Assembly: GCA_964016885.1 (NCBI GenBank)
Contig: OZ024741.1
Coordinates: forward strand, 145,762,001 to 145,826,000
Reading direction: 5' to 3'
DNA length: 64,000 nt
DNA from: Eledone cirrhosa
Taxonomy: Eukaryota
A model generated the notes under the pieces. It was not told where the DNA came from and made no database searches. It saw only the letters and a program-made list of their open reading frames with translations. Numbering within the stretch: position 1 is the stretch's first letter; every line of letters starts with the position of its first letter. Positions 11,281 to 22,061 of this stretch are shown here, piece by piece. Made by a program: the position numbers and the translations under genes.

Positions 11281-13738
11281 TAGCAAAGGCATCGCGGCTG
11301 ACGTACTTGCGGTGAAATCGAGGGATGGACTTTAGTGTCTACCTCGACGGACTGCCGCGGCTCTCGGCCACTGAGGTGGAGTGTTGCAAAAAGCCGATAA
11401 CAGCAGCTGAAATACGGGAGGCAATGACTAGCTGCACAAGGGGTAAATTGCCTGGTTTGGATGCTCTGCCCTATGAACTTTACGTACAGATGCCAGAGTT
11501 GTTCGGAGGCCTCTTGGCGAACCTCTACTGCAACTGGCAACAGAACGGGAGAATTCCCAGCTCTGTGAGCCGAGGAGCGGTGGCTCTGCGGAAAAAGGAT
11601 CTGAACAAGGGGGATAACATAAAAAATTTCAGTCCCATAACTCTGCTAAACACAGAGTTTAAGATTTTGGCCAAGGTGCTAGCAAAGAGGTTGGCGCTTG
11701 TCGTTGGTGGTCTGGTGGGAGAGGCGCAGACATGCACCATTCCTGACAGATCCATCCACGACAACCTCCACCTCATGCGATACATCGTGGAGAGCATAGC
11801 TAGGGAACCTGGCACGGATCAATTTACATCAGTCAAAAGCTTTCGATAGGGTCGACCATCGTTATCTGGCAGCAGTCCTGAGGGCGGCTAATTTGGGCCC
11901 GTCTTCAGAGGCTGGATCGCTGCCATGCACAGCGACATCTGCTCTGTGGTGAGAGTGAACGGTCACCTTTCGGAACAGTTCAACATCATGCGCTCGGTCC
12001 GCCAAGGATGTCCCCTCTCATTCCCCTTGTATGTATTGACTCTCGAGGCATTACTGCACAAACTGGAGACGTTGAGGGGGGTCTCGCGTGAACTAGGATG
12101 TGGAAGATCCATGTCACCATATGCGGAGGATGTCACCATAGTGGAATCGAACGCCAAACACATCGAGGCGATCGGCACTACTCTAAGAGAATACGAAGCG
12201 GTGACAGGAGCAATGATCAACCAGAAAAAGTCAGTGGGCCTGCAGCTCGGCACCTGGAGAGGCAGGTCCATGCCATCCAACAGTGTTGTCGGGCGATGGA
12301 CGGATGGACTGGTTAAATTGCTAGGGGTCTGGTTCGGTCTGGACCTCCAGACGGACAAAAACTGGGACGAGGTGACGAGCAGGGTGGCTTCTCTCACCCA
12401 GAAATGGGCCGAGAGGAAGCTATCCCTGAAAGGTCGAGCGGAAGTGGCTAACGCGTATATTGCGTCCATCATCTACTACCGCCTGACCGTGGTGCCTTGT
12501 CCTAAGCCACGCCTGACTGCACTGGAGCATTTGCTCTTTCGCTTTTTGTGGAAGGGACGCGCTCCGATGGTCAGGCGGTCCATCTGCTGTCAACATCCGC
12601 TACGTGGAGGGCTGGGCATGCCATGGCTGATGATGCACAGACACGCGTTCAGGCTACGACATCTACACCTCTTCCTTGACAATGATCAGGTGTGGTCGCC
12701 GTTTGCTAGATGCATCTTTCCCCAGCTCGTTTCCTTGACGAAGCTGCAGTCCTGGGTCAAGCGAAGACCGAGAAGGAGCGCTTGGAGACTGGAATGTCTT
12801 CAGGCGCTCACAGTCCTCGACCAATCGGGCAATGTGATCGGTGGAAACTCCACCTTGGCGTTCTATAGAGCATTAGTGGAGCGGAAGAGCGACGAGGTAC
12901 TTTGGGAAACTCTAGGCATCAACGAAAATCAACTAGCCAATCTCTTCGGAAGAACTTTTGGGCCGGGGCCTATGGACAACTTCCAGAAATCCCTGGCCTG
13001 GCAGTGCTACCGAGGAGCTTTGCCAGTTTGGGATAAACTCTACACGCATGGAGGTGCCACCAGCCGGGCATGTCCGAGATGCGCGCAGGGCGAAGAAACT
13101 GTCCTGAATGCACTCGTCCAGTGTTCGAGCATTGCTGACTTGTGGGTTTATGTCGAACACCTGCTGTCGCGTGTAGAACAGATCCGACTATCAGCTGAGT
13201 CCATTGTGAGGATTGCCCCACCCTCTTCCTTTAGCCGGGGAGGGCAGGCAGTTTTTATCTGTCTGGTGGCCATGGCGAAAGAGATAGTATGGTGGACGCA
13301 TCTGAAAGGGCTGAAGACGAGCACTTACCTCTTCGCTGATGCCCTGATTAACTTTTTCCCATTTCATTTGAAAAGGAAAATCATGGTAGAGAGGGAAGTG
13401 CTCTCTTCCCAGCTTTTTGTTGAAAGATGGGTGAGAGAGGCAAGACTGGCCCGAGTGAATGGGCCTATTCTGAGTATATGCCTGTAAATTGAAGGTGGAA
13501 ACCTGGGAGAAGACACTTGCCCTGGTGGTCAGGGTCACCGTGGCTTTTTTTTAATGGGCTTTCTCCACGATGGCCCTCGGAAGTCTTTTCCCTATTGGGG
13601 AATTTTTCGTTGTTCTTTTATTACATCCTCTGTTTTTTGTTTTTTTACGCGCAGAAATGCCCATTTGTACTGTCCTGTATTGTCCTGTACTGTCCTTAAT
13701 GTCTACTTTGTGTAAACCCTTGTGGTTAATAAAGAAAG

Positions 13739-13772
<34 letters not shown>
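11281..13772 (+). mobile_element. L1/Tx1-like LINE ORF2 (RT plus C-terminal zinc knuckle), 5'-truncated and frameshifted
   Basis: PITLLNTEFKILAKVLAKRL, SVRQGCPLS, YAEDV (decayed YADD), LSLKGR, GGLG, CPRC..ETVLNALVQC; AATAAA and (ATT)n tail. Confidence 0.95.
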
Positions 13773-13774
<2 letters not shown>

Positions 13775-14122
13775 ACAGCATCAAAAATAATTTATATTAT
13801 TATAACTGTATAGCCTTTTTGTCTGTCTGTCACATACATGCTATGGTCTGTTAAAGATTTTCTAAAATTTCTATTTATAATTCACAGAAAACAGATGTAA
13901 GAAAAAACGTGGGTGTGTGCATTTGCAAACATTTGAAATATTCTAAAGTACTTTCATACACACCTGAAATCAATGTTTTGTCAGTGGTTTTATCCATCTG
14001 CCTTACTTTTTTTCTCTCTCACTCTCTCTCCATGTATCTATCTTTATATATATATATATAAGATATTAATTTAACAAAGAAAATAATAACAACAAAGTCA
14101 TGTTATTTTATCTATTCATATC

Positions 14123-14225
14123 ATTGTTTTACGATTGTTTCGGAGGGTTGATCATATTGACATATTGACTGATCTATAGCAGTTTTATAACTGTATACTA
14201 ACAGACCATCTTCTTCAGAAACAAT
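14123..14225 (-). ncRNA. Mirror type I hammerhead ribozyme (stem III mutated, shorter stem II)
   Basis: Minus strand ATTGTTT-CTGAAGA...CC-GAAA-CAATCG-TA-AAACAAT. Confidence 0.65.
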
Positions 14226-14351
14226 ATTGTTTCTGAAGAAGATGGTTTGATCGAACCTATATATGAAATCTGTTAGTATACAGTTATATAACTGCTATAG
14301 ATCAGTCAATATGTCAATATGATCAACACTCCGAAACGATCGTAAAACAAT
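14226..14351 (+). ncRNA. Type I hammerhead ribozyme with long stem II
   Basis: Stem I ATTGTTT/AAACAAT (7 bp), CTGAAGA 14233-14239, GAAA 14333-14336, palindromic stem III ACGATCGT, GUA cleavage triplet. Confidence 0.8.
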
Positions 14352-14652
14352 GATATGAATAGATAAAATAACTTGACTTTGTTGTTATTATTTTCATTGT
14401 TAAATTGATATCTAATATCAGACTCTCTATCTAGGGAATTAACTCAGTGGAACCTTTCTATGGATTTCACTGGATTACACACTATCAGATTACATTGAGT
14501 TCTATCCATGGTATATATATATATATATATACTTTTTCAATGTGATCCACCCTTCGTGGTAGGGTCCATATATATATATAAGGCTTGCTGAACACACAAA
14601 TTGCTTGGCGCCTTAGTCAGGATTTTAATCTCTCTCTCTCTCTCTCTCTCTC

Positions 14653-14687
<35 letters not shown>

Positions 14688-14759
14688 CGTTTTTGTATAT
14701 TTTTTATTCTTTTGCAAAATTTCTGATCTGAAAACGTGTTGAAAGAGATATTGTTATAC

Positions 14760-14935
14760 TTTGGGAGGGTCATGCTGCCAATAAAAACACACGCACTTAT
14801 TGGTTTTTACTTCAAATTATTACTATAAACTTCCAGTCAGTTATTTTATTAACTGATGGTTGTTTCATTGTTAATTGTCAAAGCTCTTTCATCACACATT
14901 CTGTGATCCACTCAGTGAGTACCTTTGTTTGGACC
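14760..14935 (-). mobile_element. PLE pseudo-LTR fragment with decayed hammerhead; same family as 21891/24887, related motif near 488-520
   Basis: tttgggagggtcatgctgccaataaaaacacacgcac terminus; minus strand CTGAGTG-G-ATCACAgaatgTGTGAT-GAAAGAGCTTTGAC. Confidence 0.75.
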
Positions 14936-14939
14936 CTAC

Positions 14940-15705
14940 TCACACTAATCTCCCCCATCCGAGTACAGTGGCCAGATTAGTATGAATATCTATAGTGCAC
15001 AGCCCATGTCCAATTCAACCATGTTGATGTGGTTGCAGTCCTCTTTTTTTCTGAGCCAGCTGGCGACCTTGATCTTGACACCTTCTATTTCCAGAATGAC
15101 CCATAACGCTATGCTGATGGCTTCACAGGGTCCTTTGCCTTTACGCTCTCCCTGACCTCCCACATCATGGTCTCTGTCTTCTCTCCCACTCTGTCTCCCC
15201 AGCTCATCTTGTCCACTTATCTCGTGACATAGTTGCATGCTGCTCAGAGCCACCCCCACCCCCCAATTGGATAGTGGCTCACCAATTTCCCACACATCAA
15301 GAAAAGTTCCCATCTGTCCATGCTGGTGCCCAGTTCCAGGACTTCATTTCCCCTTGTCTCTTCACAGCCTGTGTTGCAATGTGACTCCTTCTTCCATTGG
15401 TTCTGGCAGTTTCACAATTAACCCAAACCTTTCTAGGTGGCTTGAGACCTCTGTTGCCGACACCACAGTCTTATCAATCTGTAATTGGTGGCCCTTTTCA
15501 CCGTTTCCATCTTTCCCAGAATGGCCTTGAGGAATGTCCAGCTGATACTGTCACAGTTTCTCAACTACATGTAACTGCAGAATATGCCGACTTTAAGTCA
15601 ATAACCATGGAGGCTCCTGTCATTTGTCTCACTCTTGTAAGGTTTCGCAACGGACTACTGAAACCTCACCACCTGTGTGACACAGCACGTGTTCATTCCA
15701 AGGAA
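14940..15705 (-). pseudogene. LTR-retrotransposon pol remnant (RT-RNase H)
   Basis: Manual translation: IDLKSAY, EVSSHLERFGLIVKLPEP, ELFLMCGKLVSHYP, CEAISIALWVILEIEG..SWLRKKEDCNHINMVELD. Confidence 0.65.
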
Positions 15706-15714
15706 GCCAACAAT

Positions 15715-16600
15715 TGAAAACAGAAGTTGGATTAACAGATAATTGTGCAGAAAATGAAAACAAAGAAGAAACAACAGAAATTATGAAAAATATACATCTA
15801 AATTGAAAGGAGACCTCCTGAATTTCATGTTAAAACAATAGCAAGAAAAACCCTTACATGGTCAATACCTGAGAAAAAAGTGAATAGAGAGGAAGTAGAC
15901 ACACAAAACACGCACAACTGGCAACAAACACTTGACTAAACACCGAGACAGAAAGATTTTTAATTGCAGAACAAGATCAAAGACTCCCTACCAGAAATAC
16001 ATAATGAAGCAGAATACAGTAAGTAAGTTAAGAATATCTCTGGTTTCCCAGTCTTAGCCAAAATATAATATATCCACAGATATGATAGATTTGGGACTAA
16101 ATACATTGGAAGTTATGCCCACATTATGAAATACTAACAGAAAAAGATGGTACAGACACATACCAGAAAAGGTATCAGAGAATGACGAAGCACTATTTTC
16201 TGGAATATGTCAATACACACAGACAAAGAGATCAAATCCAACTGATCTGATATTATAACCAAAGAACAGAAAGCAAATATTGTCTTCTAATAAATGTATC
16301 AATGTCTGCAGACAACATTTTATCTACCAATGAAATGGAAAAACTATCCAGATATAGAGATAGAAATACCCCGAATGTGGATGGTGAAAACACAAACGAT
16401 ACCTATAATAATAGGTGCTCTGGGAATGATAAAAAACACATCAAGAGGTACATAACCTGAAACCCAGGACTTACAAGTATTACATCATACAAAAAATAGC
16501 ACTATTAGGCTCCCCCCCCCCCCCCCACATATTACAAGGAGTACTCTCCATACAATAGAAACAACACCAAATACCACACTGTTCATACCCAAGGAGCACA
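15715..16600 (+). pseudogene. R4/Dong-like non-LTR element 3' remnant (restriction-like endonuclease region)
   Basis: TERFLIAEQDQRLPTRN; decayed PD motif ..DIITKEQK; EMEKLSRYRD..IPRMWMVKTQTIPIIIGALG. Confidence 0.75.
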
Positions 16601-16651
16601 GAGTTACACTCAGTAATGCAGTGATGCTGTGCAATAAAGATAAGACTAGTA

Positions 16652-16755
16652 ATAATAATAATTGTTTCTACTTTTGGCACAAGGCCAGCAATTATCCCAG
16701 TACATTGCTGTTACTTTATTTTATCGACCCTGTAAGGATGAAAGGCAAAATGAAC
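16652..16755 (-). mobile_element. SINE fragment of the 21015-21230 family; others near 17240-17400, 27750-27850, 37870-37980, 42780-42930
   Basis: ttttatcgaccc-gtaaggatgaaaggcaaa and ggcacaaggccagcaatt motifs. Confidence 0.75.
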
Positions 16756-19700
16756 TAGTAATAATAATAATAACTTATTTTATTGAATACAAGGGCTAAA
16801 GATATTGGTGAAAGTACAAAATCAAAATATATAGAAAAGCAGATTATAGGAAAAGTAGGTTATAGGAAAAAGGTTCCTCCAAATTATAAGGTTGTTCAAG
16901 ATACTTCAAATATAACCCTGGATTACAATGACACACCAAAAGCAATTTCTTCTACATAGTTAATGTGAGGTCATTTAATCAAGTCATTTTTTCCACTCTC
17001 ATCCTCCATCCGTGAAATTTGCTAGTAGGCAATATCTTCCTCTTTAGCCTTACCTTTCTTCTAAAGCAATATTTGAAGGAGTTAATGAGGGCTTGTTTTG
17101 AGTGGAATTCTATCATCAAACATTTCAACTACAGCCACCATACCACTTTTTTTACCATAGCCACTAGACCGGAAAACTACCTGCCCTTTCAGGCCAAAGG
17201 AAGGAAGTGGTTCAATCTTCACAATAAATTCAGGGGAAAGCTAATTGAATCAATACCAGTACTTGACTGGCACTTTATTTTATAAAGTCATGATGAACAA
17301 AAAGCAAATTTGACTTGGGCAGGATTTGAAATAAGAATCAAGATTTAGAGATGTTGCAAAATATTTTTTCCAACACTATCACTTCTGCCAAACTACCACA
17401 TTAAGCTGACGAAAAAAGAAAAAAGTGAAATGAAATTTTCAGCTCACACCTATGAAGGTTTAACTCATCTCCTATGCGATGCAATCTCATAGGAGGTTTC
17501 TCTTAGGTGTTTAATTATAGGGTTATCCAGCCCTGACATGAAAACCAATGGGAAATAAAGCATCTTGCTCAAGAACACAATGTGTCACCTAGTCATTAAA
17601 TCAAACCCCTAACCTTAAGATCAGAAGTCCAATACCCTAACTACTAGATCATCATGTTCACTAACATGACAAAAATGCAACATGCTCAGATACCTAAACT
17701 TAGCAAGTGGACAATAGAAGTTTTAGTACGGTGCAATAACACAATGAACTATATGAAGATGAAATCCTCTTCAAATGGAGAAATATTGTTACTGAAATAT
17801 ACTTTGAAGTTTAGTCAAGCTTTAATTAATTTCTTTTTTTCTCCTTCCTCTTTCAAAATTCACACAGAAATTAAAATTAAAAACTAAAATGAAACAAGGA
17901 TATTTAGGATGCAACCGAACTAGTTGGAAATATTTCAAAGAAAACCATCTGAGTTGATATAGAAATAAACTAATGAAATAATAATAATGAAACAAAACAA
18001 ATGTATAGAATATAATACTTAAAATAAAGGAAAATGTGAAATAGAAAATAAGAAAAAAATAAAAGCAAAATATACAGAAGTAATCATATGGAATGAAGTA
18101 AAACACAAAAAATATAAAAAGATCTTTGAAAATAATTGATCAGAAGACAAGAATATGCATATTTCTTGTTCTAGTTATAATTTCAATTATACAGCTGCTA
18201 TTGTATATTTTTTGTCGTTATTCCATCGAAATTTATCCAATAGCAAACGACCTTCTGATATCTCAAACATATCATATGTTATGTTCCGTAAGTTAAAAGT
18301 TATTTTTTTCTTTTGGTTTTATTTCCTTAGTTAACACTTTCAAATATCACTCTTTTTGTTATTTTTTTTTAATTCATACTTGTTGCTTCTGATGAAACCC
18401 TTCCAGTGAATTATGCATTTCAGATAACTATTTTCCGAAATAGGATTATTTTTAGATTAACATGTGTTTTTTCTTTTCTTTTATTTTTTTTTTTTTTTTG
18501 TAAATCTTTAGCACAAACTGTTTTCAAGTTTTAGTTTTTGCTACAACATAAGGAAGGTAAAGGAATGGCATATTAACTGAAAGAATTCTATGAAATTTAA
18601 TAACATTTCTTTGAAATATTTACCTTACGTTTCCCTCATGTATTTTAAAACAATTTTCTTATGCATGAAAATATGCATATTTGTGTGCGTATGTATGCAT
18701 ATGTATATATATGCATACATACACACACATATATACGTATATACATACTTACATATATAATGTGGGTCATAATTACCCTTTGAACTTATTGTTAATAAAA
18801 TTTGATAAAAAAGAAATATTAAACTTTATTCTAAAAGTAATAATATATCGACAATGTATGTAAAATTATATAGCTGCATAAAATGTTTGAAATGCCCATT
18901 TTGCAAGCTTGCCATTATTATGTTTCTTTGTAATCAGTAAGCTAATTAGGGTCTACCCTGCACATAAATATATGTATCTGTTATGTAAGCAGTAACATAA
19001 GCGTTAAGTAACAATCAATAGTTGCATGAATTGAGTCTTGTCAGTGTATATGTTGCTCATTGAATATTTTATTGCAGTCCCCGAGTGTAAATACATATGA
19101 AGTGTTGGAAACTATAAAAGTGTATCATCATCGTCATCATCTAATATCCATATTCCCTTCTAGCAAGGGATGAACAGATTGTTATAAATCAAGTCAGTAT
19201 TTAATTAGAAGAGCCAAGGTTCACATATGCTTACATGCATTTAAAAATTTAACAGAGTGTACTGAGTACATTTTATTATGGCACCAGGAGTGGGGAGGTT
19301 GTCATCACATTGAACCTTTGTTAGGCAAGTTTTGTATAGTTGGATGCCTTTTATTGTGGTGCCAATCTGAGACAAGTGATTGTGCTCTAGATACAACTGA
19401 AGAGTCCTCTCAATCTTCTCTCTCTCTCTGTGCATGTGTGTGCATTTAGATATATGATTTGTCTTTATCTGTATTAGATAAATGTGTAGGAGAGTCATGT
19501 CATTTCCCCAAAGAATATAGTTAGATAAAGTGATATCTGATGTTAAAGGATATTCAAAGTTAAATTAACTTTTGGATCAATATTTCAGTATGAAGTGCTT
19601 ATCAGTATACTTTATATCAATAACACTAGAATTCCTTGGGTTATATTTTATATTCTTGGCTTTAATGCTTGCATATTGTGAACTCATAAAATAGACAAAT

Positions 19701-20359
19701 CTATGGAGAAAACATCGTCAGAAAACATGGCGCTCAATGTCCTGAAGACAATTTGTACACCTATACAAGCTTAGTCAGCAATCAACAATGAGAACTTTAT
19801 GGTGCTCTGTAAAATTTCTTACTCATTTGTTATCTTCTATAGTTGAAAAGGTTAGTGCTTGGATGACAGGCAGGCCTAGAGATGTTTATTTTATGGTCTA
19901 AAGCAACTTTATTAACATTGATTTAACAGAGCAGAAGTCGAATCCTCATAGAGTAGTCTACCACCACAACTCTACGCCTACAACCAGTCAACATAAGTAC
20001 TACTACTGTTTAGGAAACATTTTAACCACATGAAAGATAGCTCATTAAACTTAATTTATATATGATGATGAAGCAAAGCAATTCAATATTTTTTTATCTG
20101 CTTTGGATTGAGGTGGATTTAAAATATGATCAACTAGTAGAACTATTTACAAACTCATCTACATAAATATTACTTATTAGAGAGGTTTTGGTGTCTTTCC
20201 AACATGAACAATTCAAAAAGGTACATCAACTTGTCTATGCAACCTTATAGAAATAAGAACAAAATATCATTTGTATCACACCCTACCATCTGAAAATATT
20301 TACGTGTTGGATGAGGTAATTCTGGATATAACTGTGAGCAAGGAAAGCTACCAAGGATG

Positions 20360-20462
20360 ACACTACATCATCATTTCATCATCATCATTTCATTTTACGT
20401 CCGCTTTTCCCTGCTTGCAAGGGTGGGACGGGAACTGACTCTGGCTTGATTTCTACAGCTAT
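20360..20462 (-). mobile_element. RTE-tailed SINE fragment
   Basis: cattttacgtccgcttttccctgcttgcaagggtgggacgg is the exact reverse complement of the RTE 3' end at 8773-8814. Confidence 0.85.
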
Positions 20463-20654
20463 ATAAATGTATATATGTGGAACTAGCTGTTGAAACAGCA
20501 AGAGCTCAGCTGTCAGGCCCTCTCTCTATATAATATATCCATACACTACTATTCCAAGTATCAAGAACTCTGTTGAGTAATGGTCTAACTAGTTTAAAAC
20601 TGGTTCTATACTGATATATATATATATATATAAATATATATACATATATATATA

Positions 20655-20903
20655 TGGTGGCTGCCAACTCGTTTTCGAGTACGGCCACTACTTTATATCC
20701 ATGTAGGAGAACCGCTACCGATGAGCTGAACGAGTGTGACTTTTTAGTCCAGCCAGCGACTTGAAAACTCTGGTACAAACACTACACTTGTGACAATTAT
20801 TGACACAGAGTGCTGAGCCCATGGTACCATGTGACGACAAGTGCAGAGAGATCTCCAGATATAAAGCAACGCCTGTGCCGTGAAGCTTTTATAGTGAGCA
20901 AAG
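20655..20903. repeat. Unclassified ~250-bp interspersed repeat, second copy at 35792-36040
   Basis: Near-identical sequence starting tggtggctgccaactcgttttcgagt, both directly after (AT)n. Confidence 0.85.
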
Positions 20904-21014
20904 GCATATATACATATATATCAACACACGTACACACATATAATATATATACACAGTTTCGCAATCGTATACTGTCCTATACAGCTCTCTACATACTAAC
21001 AAAGTTATATTTGG

Positions 21015-21230
21015 ATTTGCAGAATCGGTAGAGGGTCGGACGCCATGCTTTGCAGCATAGAGTTACGGCCCTTTATGATCTGAGTTATAAATCCCGCCGA
21101 GGTTAACTTTGCCTTTCATCATTACAGGGTCGATAAAATAAAGTACCAGTAATGCACTGGGGTCGATTTAATCGACCTTCCCCTTTCCACAAATTACTGG
21201 CCTTGTGCCTATACTAGGAACAATTATTAC
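21015..21230 (+). mobile_element. tRNA-derived SINE (octopus-type)
   Basis: A-box-like tgcagaatcggtag, B-box-like gagttataaatcc, body gcctttcatc..gggtcgataaaataaagtaccag, tail ggccttgtgcc..aattatta. Confidence 0.75.
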
Positions 21231-21269
21231 CCTTGCTATATATATATATATATATATAGTAATAATAAT

Positions 21270-21660
21270 TAATGTGAAGACTAAAATCCAAAGAGGGCTC
21301 GATAAGGTTGAATGTATATCAAACATATAAGAACCCTAGAGCAAATATTTATTAAAATAAGTTTAAGCAAAGAATCGCTTTCACCCTTAACAGGATCTTC
21401 TGAAACTAAAAAACTCAATCTGTGAACGCAGAAGTAAATATTTCGAAAAACGTTGCAACCGAAGGAAAACAGCAAGACGATACTTTGGTTCGTGAAGACG
21501 TTCCCTGGCAATGAACGGAGAAAAGCGAAGATAATACGTCGTTATGTGTATCTATGAGAACAATTGCACGCAAAAACAAAATCACGTTTATGGTATAAGT
21601 AAAGTCTTAGACTAATATTGTATTTAGGAAACCGATTCTTGGCTTCATGTGTTAAGAATA
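21270..21660 (-). mobile_element. Repeat homologous to 63010-63415, probable PLE 3' end
   Basis: ctaaaatccaaagagggctcgataagg and flanking sequence are the reverse complement of the 63xxx copy. Confidence 0.65.
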
Positions 21661-22018
21661 ATGTAAATAAATTAGTAGAACGAAAATGACAGGCGTTATT
21701 AAAATCAATGATAATTAAATATATACATACATACACGAGCATACGCGAAAACACCCGCCATGCATACATATACATGCACGTACACATAAACACGCGCACA
21801 CATACATAAACCCGCGAGACACATGTACCCGCACACATACGAACGTATACACTAAATACACATGAAATATATATATATATATTGGTATGCTTTGGGAGGG
21901 TCATGTTGCCAATAAGAAACACACGCACCAGTTGCTTTCACTCCAATTTATTATAAATTAAATTTATAAATTTCTGGTTGTTTGGTTGGTTCCACAACCG
22001 GACTGTTGTTCATATATT

Positions 22019-22061
22019 GTCAAAGTTCTTTCGTCACACATTCTGTGACCTCTTCAGTGAC
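22019..22061 (-). ncRNA. Minimal type I hammerhead ribozyme in PLE pseudo-LTR
   Basis: GTCA-CTGAAGA-G-GTCACAgaatgTGTGAC-GAAA-GAAC-TT-TGAC. Confidence 0.85.

Larger units (their letters stand above)
14061..14413. repeat. Fold-back palindrome (~165/188 bp arms, no spacer) with a hammerhead motif on each arm
   Basis: Centre ...GAAACAAT|ATTGTTTC at 14225/14226; right arm has about 23 extra nt. Confidence 0.93.

Noticed and set aside
17690-17800. Minus-strand AG...GT exon-like segment
   Set aside because: Stop codons in all three frames
20715-20780. Hammerhead candidate in the 250-bp repeat
   Set aside because: Core is CCGATGA (CCGATGC in the second copy) and stem I does not pair
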